Positions 58,149 through 64,000 of a stretch of DNA of 64,000 bases are shown piece by piece. The notes beneath the pieces were generated by a model. That model was not told the DNA's origin. It ran no database searches and worked only from the letters and a program-made list of their open reading frames with translations. Position 1 is the first letter of the stretch. The number at the start of each line of letters is the position of its first letter. The translations under genes were made by a program, and so were the position numbers. This stretch comes from an uncultured Nitrospirota bacterium. Lineage in GTDB: Bacteria; Nitrospirota; Nitrospiria; SBBL01; SBBT01. The stretch covers positions 15,690 to 79,689 of the forward strand of contig CAYJWQ010000001.1 in NCBI GenBank assembly GCA_964373895.1, given 5' to 3'.

Positions 58149-59774
58149 TCACCCGCCATTTTCAGGGAGCGTCTCCAGGAAAACCTCAACCACCGTCGGA
58201 TCAAACTGACTGCCGGCGCAGCGACGAAGCTCCTCAATCGCAAACGCCTTTCCGGGGGCCTTCCGGTAAACCCGGTTGGCCGTCATGGCATCATAGGCGT
58301 CCACCACCGCCACAATTCTTCCTAAAAGGGGAATCTCTTCCCCTTTTAATCCCCTGGGATACCCGTTGCCATCCCATCGTTCATGATCGGCCTCCACCGA
58401 TGAAACAATCGGATCTAAGAATTTAATCTTCCGGACAATCATACCTCCATACGTCACATGCCTCCTCATCACTTCATATTCCTCGTGGGTGAGTTTGCCA
58501 GGCTTTTTTAAGATCGATTCCGGAATCCCGATCTTGCCGATGTCATGAAGGACCGCCGCATATTGACCCCATTCCTGCTCCTGTTCTGACAATCCCATCT
58601 TCTTGGCGACTGCCAGGGCATACGCCATCGTCCGATCGGAATGTCCCTTGGTGTCAAGGTCCTTCGTCTCGAGCGCGCCGGCAAGCGCCTGAACCGAGTC
58701 TAAGTTCGCCAGTTTTAACTGAAGCGATTTTTCGACCACATCTTCGTAAAGCGTCGCATTCTCAATGGCGTTTCCCATTTGATTCGCAACGGCATGACAG
58801 AGACGGATCTTATCAGACGTAAAGGGGGCCCGTTCCCACTTCCTAATCTCTCCTAAACTTAAAAGTCCGACGCGCGCCCCTTTTCTGATAATGGGGAGGA
58901 CAAGAAGCGACTGCAATTCCGTAAGGTTGCCTGTGAAAAGCGATCCCTCCTCCGATGTGATTGGAGGCAGATCCCCCTTTTTAAGCAAGAGCGGCAACCA
59001 GGCATCCTTCATCTGATTAAAAAGCAGGGATTCTGTTATCGGATAGCTCACCTCCCCATCTGTCTTCCAGGGGAGGGTTCGCACGGCATAAGACGCCTTC
59101 AGGATAAGCCGATCTTCGCTAAAATTAAATAAAATCATTCGGGAGAAGGCCGTTGAGATCTTTTGCGTGACAAGCTGAACCGATGCATCCAGAATCCCTC
59201 TTAAATCGAGTGATGATGAAATGAGGGTGGTCGTATCGAACAAGAGTGAGAGTTCATCCGTCCTCTCTTTGAGCCGTTCATAATGATACAGTCGGTCGGC
59301 ATGGGCCCTCTTGAGTTCGGCAATCTCTCTCTCCAGCCGTTCCACGAGGTGAAGGTTATGCTCTTTAAGATAGACCGTTTCTTCTTTAATTTCGACATCA
59401 TCCTTCTTCCCACCTAAATACGCTTCAACCTCCGCGACAAAGCCTTTGACATGAATCGGCTTCGGGATATACCCGTCGCAACCGGCCGCCAATGTCCGCT
59501 CGCGATCGCCTTTCATCACGTTGGCCGTTAGCGCCACAAGCGGCGTCTGGCAAAGTCCTGTAATGCTTTTAATGAGGGTGGCCGCGGCATATCCATCCAT
59601 GTCGGGAAGATTAATATCCATAAGAATAAGATCGGGCCGCTCCCGTTTGGCAACCTCAATTCCAGACACCCCATCCTCCGCCACAACCATTTCATAACCG
59701 GCCGCTTCCAAAATCCTGGCAATCAGTTGCAGGTTCTCCTTATTATCTTCCACGTAAAGGATTTTCTTTTTCAT
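58149..59774 (-). CDS. Response regulator with REC-GAF-HD-GYP architecture (c-di-GMP phosphodiesterase type)
   Basis: 541 aa. REC (KILYVEDN...DLILMDINLPDMDG...TA...K), a central GAF-like region, and HD-GYP (VLHDIGKIGIP ... DHERWDGNGYPRGL). Confidence 0.85.
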   Translation of the reverse strand: MKKKILYVEDNKENLQLIARILEAAGYEMVVAEDGVSGIEVAKRERPDLILMDINLPDMDGYAAATLIKSITGLCQTPLVALTANVMKGDRERTLAAGCDGYIPKPIHVKGFVAEVEAYLGGKKDDVEIKEETVYLKEHNLHLVERLEREIAELKRAHADRLYHYERLKERTDELSLLFDTTTLISSSLDLRGILDASVQLVTQKISTAFSRMILFNFSEDRLILKASYAVRTLPWKTDGEVSYPITESLLFNQMKDAWLPLLLKKGDLPPITSEEGSLFTGNLTELQSLLVLPIIRKGARVGLLSLGEIRKWERAPFTSDKIRLCHAVANQMGNAIENATLYEDVVEKSLQLKLANLDSVQALAGALETKDLDTKGHSDRTMAYALAVAKKMGLSEQEQEWGQYAAVLHDIGKIGIPESILKKPGKLTHEEYEVMRRHVTYGGMIVRKIKFLDPIVSSVEADHERWDGNGYPRGLKGEEIPLLGRIVAVVDAYDAMTANRVYRKAPGKAFAIEELRRCAGSQFDPTVVEVFLETLPENGG

Positions 59775-59820
59775 GGGATGCCCTCCTTTGCATCGCCCTG
59801 GGGTATAGGTCGCGCGCGCT

Positions 59821-61590
59821 TTAACCCGCCCCTTCCTTCGGTTGGTGGACGTCAGCGCCCCCTGAAAACCCGGCCTCCTGCCGTTCTGTTAAAGCACCCT
59901 CTTTCACAAAGTTTGGAATGGAAAATGAGAAGGTGGATCCAATTCCTAAGACGCTTTCCACCCAGATTCGGCCGCCGTGCAACTCCACAAATCGCTTGGC
60001 AAGGGCGAGACCCAAGCCGGCCCCCCCTCGATTTCGCGTGGTGGAAGGATCGAGCTGCTTGAATTCATTAAAAAGCTTTGGAATGTCGCTCTCGCGAATC
60101 CCCATGCCGGTGTCGGCCACATGCACCTCCACCTCGTTGCTGTTCGACGCGACACGGACAAGAATATGTCCTTTTGCGGTGAATTTCGCAGCATTGCTGA
60201 TCAAATTCAGGATCACCTGGCGAATCCGTATCCGATCCGCGTAGACCCGAGGTGCCTCCTTTGGCAACTCTACCCTAAGCGCCACCTCCTTCTCCTTGAC
60301 AAGCGGTTTTGCCGTGGATAACACATCCAAAACCACATCTCCCATATCAAATTCTGCCAGATCAAGCTGCATGCGGCCTGCTTCGATCTTGGAGATGTCA
60401 AGAATATCATTGATAATCGAGAGAAGATGCATCCCGCTCTGATAGATGGCGTCTAAATCTTTCTTCTGCGTCTCATTGATCTCACCGTCCATCCCTTCCG
60501 ACAAGACCTGGGAAAAACCGATAATGGCATTCAGCGGTGTGCGCAGCTCGTGGCTCATATTGGCCAGGAACTGGGTTTTCAAAAGGTCGGAGCCCTGCGC
60601 CCGCTCCATCGCGCCGCGTAAAAGGAGATTCTTCTGGGCCAGCTCGTCGGTCCGCTCCCTGACCTTCTGCTCCATCGCCTCTTTATATTTCGCAAGCTCT
60701 GCGGCGACACGACTTAAATCTTGATGAGAAAGCTCCAGCTTTTTATATTGCTTCCTTAAGTCCTCATCCCGTTCGGCAAGAGATTGCGCCATTTGGTTAA
60801 AGATCGTGGCCAACTCGCCAATTTCATCTTTATAGCGGACATGGACACGCCTTTTCATGTTCCCCTGCGCGATCTCCTGGGCGGTTCTGATCATTCCCTT
60901 GACAGGCAAAAGGAGGCTCCAAATAAAAATTTCAGAAAAGAAGATGCCCACCCCAATGACCACGACCGTTAATACCGCATAAAACCAGATAAGGCGATTT
61001 AATTTCTCATGCATCGGTTTTATAGAGATGCCGACCTCCACATATCCGATGGGGCTCCCTTTCTGTTTCTCATCCCCCATTTCAAAAATCTCTGTCAGTT
61101 GCGCCTCGACATCGGAGGGGAGGTTTGTTTTCGTGAAAATAATAGGGGCGATAATGCTGTAGATATCCTCCGCCCCATTTTGCGCCCCGTTTTGCGTGGG
61201 AGGCCGAATGACCAACTCCATCGGAAGGGGCCCCAACTTGGGAGAGGGCTCTTTCCCCTTGATGATCTCCTCCGTATCGAAACGGGCGTCCATCAACAGG
61301 TCCCTTTGATCTCCATAAACGCGGCCGAATACCACCGACCCTTCCATCCTGATGCCGTAGATGAGATCACGCAAGACCGTCCTGTCTTCTGTAAGGGCCG
61401 CATAGCGGCTATTAAAAGCAAGATTGCGGGCAATACCCCTTCCACGGGCCATCAGCTCATCATAAAGCACCTCTTTGGTCTTGGCATAAGCATACCAGCC
61501 GAGGAAAAGTCCAACCGCGCTGATCATCAGGGCGATCATCAACGTGAATTTTGCCCTAAGGCTGAATCTTCTTGGTTTAAGATTTTTCAC
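59821..61590 (-). CDS. Sensor histidine kinase (TM - periplasmic domain - TM - HAMP - HisKA - HATPase)
   Basis: 589 aa. H-box SHELRTPLNAI, plus N, G1 and G2 boxes (ISNAAKFT, DTGMGI, GGAGLGLA). A periplasmic segment of about 190 aa lies between two TM helices. The GTG start overlaps the upstream stop. Confidence 0.9.
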   Translation of the reverse strand: MKNLKPRRFSLRAKFTLMIALMISAVGLFLGWYAYAKTKEVLYDELMARGRGIARNLAFNSRYAALTEDRTVLRDLIYGIRMEGSVVFGRVYGDQRDLLMDARFDTEEIIKGKEPSPKLGPLPMELVIRPPTQNGAQNGAEDIYSIIAPIIFTKTNLPSDVEAQLTEIFEMGDEKQKGSPIGYVEVGISIKPMHEKLNRLIWFYAVLTVVVIGVGIFFSEIFIWSLLLPVKGMIRTAQEIAQGNMKRRVHVRYKDEIGELATIFNQMAQSLAERDEDLRKQYKKLELSHQDLSRVAAELAKYKEAMEQKVRERTDELAQKNLLLRGAMERAQGSDLLKTQFLANMSHELRTPLNAIIGFSQVLSEGMDGEINETQKKDLDAIYQSGMHLLSIINDILDISKIEAGRMQLDLAEFDMGDVVLDVLSTAKPLVKEKEVALRVELPKEAPRVYADRIRIRQVILNLISNAAKFTAKGHILVRVASNSNEVEVHVADTGMGIRESDIPKLFNEFKQLDPSTTRNRGGAGLGLALAKRFVELHGGRIWVESVLGIGSTFSFSIPNFVKEGALTERQEAGFSGGADVHQPKEGAG

Positions 61591-62528
61591 TTAAAAACCT
61601 CACCGGCTTGACTTAGAATCTCATTCGGGATGTCAATTCCAAGAATCCTCGCGGTCTTCAAATTAATACTGACGTAAGACGCCTCCGGATAGACGATCTT
61701 CCCTCTTGGAGAATTTGGGTTTGTAAGTATCTTGTCAATCAATCTGGAAGATTGTTTTCCGATTGTAAAATAATCGGGCGAGAGGGATAAAAGCGCGCCC
61801 GATTTTACGAGCGCCGATGAAAACGCCATAAGAGGGACATTCTCCTGCAAGGTCGTAAGGAGGATAAACTGGATCGAATCGGTCGTCATTACCGTGCTGT
61901 CGGGAACCATCCAAACCCCTTGAACCTGGGGCAGAAGTCGCCGAATCGCGCCGGGGAGATCCCTGGGATGGGAGACTGCGACGGCAATCAATTCAAGTCC
62001 CAACAAATGGGCCTCTTCGCGCGCCCTGCGAATCAACGATTCGGTTTTCGATGGATCATAGACCACGCCGATATGTTTGAGTGTGGGGACCGCCGACTTA
62101 AAGACCCTAAACTGCTCTTTGACGGGAATCTCCATGGCAATGCCGGTGATATTTCCAACCGTAAAGCCATGTTTCTCCGGGGTAATCACCGCGCAATAGA
62201 CCATCGGCGTTTCTGATAGATTCTCTTTTGCGAGAGTTGCCGCCTTTGCGCCGACCGCCAGGATAACATCAGGCCGCGATCGCTTCACCTTATTGACAAT
62301 GCCGGTATCCCCCTGGGCATCTCCCGCCAGATGATATTCCGTGACGGAGGCCTGGGTAGCGCTTAGAAAACCCTTCACCGCTTGATTATACGGAGGCAAA
62401 TCGTGGCTTTTAATCACCGCCACTTCCGCCGAGGCCGCCGGTATCGGCCCGAGCAAAAAGGCTAAGAGACCAAAACAGCCACACCGCCTAAAGATGGCCG
62501 GACATCTTGACATAAAAGTTTCTTCCAT
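61587..62528 (-). CDS. Periplasmic ABC_sub_bind-type (PF04392-like) solute-binding protein, orphan
   Basis: Signal peptide ...CFGLLAFLLGPIPAASAE. NITGIAMEIPVKEQF..., IGVVYDPS... and INLKTARILGIDIPNEIL are typical of this family. No ABC permease or ATPase is nearby. The true start may be the ATG at 62513. Confidence 0.7.
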   Translation of the reverse strand: MEETFMSRCPAIFRRCGCFGLLAFLLGPIPAASAEVAVIKSHDLPPYNQAVKGFLSATQASVTEYHLAGDAQGDTGIVNKVKRSRPDVILAVGAKAATLAKENLSETPMVYCAVITPEKHGFTVGNITGIAMEIPVKEQFRVFKSAVPTLKHIGVVYDPSKTESLIRRAREEAHLLGLELIAVAVSHPRDLPGAIRRLLPQVQGVWMVPDSTVMTTDSIQFILLTTLQENVPLMAFSSALVKSGALLSLSPDYFTIGKQSSRLIDKILTNPNSPRGKIVYPEASYVSINLKTARILGIDIPNEILSQAGEVFK

Positions 62529-64000
62529 TTTGAGGTATTCTTACAATCGGCCGATGCCCCACCGCCCCCGGATCTTCATACCCTTCATCAAACAGATTAT
62601 AAATAGAGGCTGAAAAATCGATCCCTTGATATGGCATGTTTAACGTGATATTGGCAACAACTGTAAGGATCAATCTCCTGAACCGGCGTTGTGCTGCTCT
62701 TTCTTTCTCCCACATACTGGCCTTCAAATCCCAGGGTAGCTGCGTTCAATGACAGCGGGAAAAGGAGCCCGATTTTTGCCAGATGACGCGGCGAATTCGA
62801 GAGCGCTTCCCGCTGATCACGATTTTCAGCCACCTGATTAGGTATAGATCATATAACGTTTTAAGCCGGAAGGCGAGCGATCCTCTATCTCCGTCTCGAT
62901 ACCAGCGCTTCGAACACGGTTCAGATTCACAAACATTTGATTGGCGCCTGCCGGTATTTCAGTAATCAGATCTTTAATATCGTAACGATAGAGGGAAACA
63001 CTCCCCAAAAAATACGCCCCAAGCCTTCTCTCGGCAACGATCTCATACGTGGTGTTGATTTCAGATCTTAAGTCGGGATTGCAGACATAACCAGTTGAAC
63101 CGCCACAATAAAAATATTCGTAGCTATTGGGAACACGAAAGGCCTGGCCATAGAGGAATTTGATGACCCCCCTCTCATCGGGCTCATACAATAACGTCAG
63201 ACGCGGGGTGGCCCTGTTTCGGCCATATCGAAGGTAATCTTTATAGTAATCAAGCCGCGCGCCCCCTGTCAGGATAAGATTCCTTCTTAATCGAATTTCC
63301 TCCTGGAGATGTACAGAGTAGAGCTGAAACTGCTCGCGCCGACTCAAATCGGTCGTAGCCAGATCTTCATCAATGTTTTTTAAAAGATCATCGTGGGCTT
63401 GCAACTCAATCCCCATGATCAATCGGTTCCACGTCAAAGGGGTTACGTCCAGTTGCAGTTCACTTCCATACCATCCCCCTTCTGTCCTTGTACGATTGGA
63501 AACAACCTGGATTGAACTGTTTCGCGTAAGAGAGGTGTCCTTGTATCCATACCAATCATAATAGAATCGCAAGAGAAATCCCAGGTTTCGTGCCAATTGA
63601 GGGCGATATTTCAGCTCGAGGAAATATCTTTTATCATAAGTTTTAACCCCTTTGTTGTTAAAAACCAAGCCTTGCGAGTAAGTGCCTATTGGAATCTCTT
63701 TCCCCCTCTCAAAGAGGATCGCATCGATTTGTAACGCATTGTGGCGCAGCGTTCCGGATATGGCATAGACCGACTCCCCATCCGTCCCCTCCGCATAGCC
63801 GCCGTTATTGGCGGCATTTCCATCGTCATATTCAGGAAAATAAAGGGTTTGACCGCCGCTTTCCGTGTAGGAACCGCTTAATAACAGATCGGCGCCATTT
63901 TGATATCGCTTGCCAAACGTAAGAAGGCCTTTGTTGGTATTAAAATCCCCCGCCTCTAACGAATAATGGACGCCAGGTCTCTCTGCCCCTTCTTTAGTGA
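62488..64000 (-). pseudogene. TonB-dependent receptor beta-barrel, 5' end beyond the window, 3' end broken by two frameshifts
   Basis: My translation of 64000 down to 62838 is one open frame (…GDFNTNKGLLTFGKRYQ...YDDGNAANNGGYAEGTDGESVYA...YYDWYGYKD...RSAGIETEIE...). The sequence continues in a second frame (62833-62597: ...SNSPRHLAKIGLLFPL...GFEGQYVGERK). It then continues in a third frame (62727-62488: ...TVVANITLNMPYQGIDFSASIYNLFDEGY...GRNFYVKMS), which carries the typical receptor C-terminus. Confidence 0.7.

Overview
This is a gene-dense bacterial chromosomal window with about 60 CDS, 2 tRNAs and no rRNA. All family calls come from reading the supplied translations for motifs; no searches were run. 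TonB-dependent receptor remnants suggest a diderm organism, but I cannot assign a taxon. Most of the window is housekeeping. Left to right: prmC(partial)-prfA, rpmE, cstA, an MBL-fold protein, an MFS transporter, two VOC-fold proteins, a CinA-like protein, pepF, and a UDP-sugar epimerase. A visibly AT-richer glycan-modification cluster (methyltransferase, SDR, DegT aminotransferase, GT-like) then sits between tRNA-Glu(CUC) and tRNA-Val(GAC). Next come thrS-infC-rpmI-rplT, with an archaeal/eukaryal-type pheS-pheT pair abutting them convergently. These are followed by rpe, htpX, def-fmt, ribBA-ribH-nusB, purB, purS, ndk, gcvH, comEA-like, tyrS, an aldehyde dehydrogenase, relA/spoT, a NUDIX hydrolase, clpB, a GT2 and HU. 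A 9-gene co-oriented beta-oxidation/ETF operon has a patatin gene between etfB and etfA. The window ends with a signalling cluster: CBS protein, MobA-like NTP-transferase, REC-GAF-HD-GYP regulator, HAMP histidine kinase, a periplasmic ABC_sub_bind-type protein, and a frameshifted TonB-dependent receptor. I found no CRISPR array, integrase, transposase, prophage, toxin-antitoxin pair or obvious defence island. The observations most worth follow-up are: (1) the archaeal-type PheRS sitting inverted at the canonical bacterial pheST locus; (2) three families of modular hairpin/MITE-like repeats, one of which flanks the essential def-fmt operon as inverted copies and also supplies the clpB stop codon; (3) the receptor/binding-protein/kinase/HD-GYP module with a decayed receptor; (4) the tRNA-bounded glycan cluster, whose SDR appears to have Asn in place of the catalytic Tyr. 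None of these is a proven new system.
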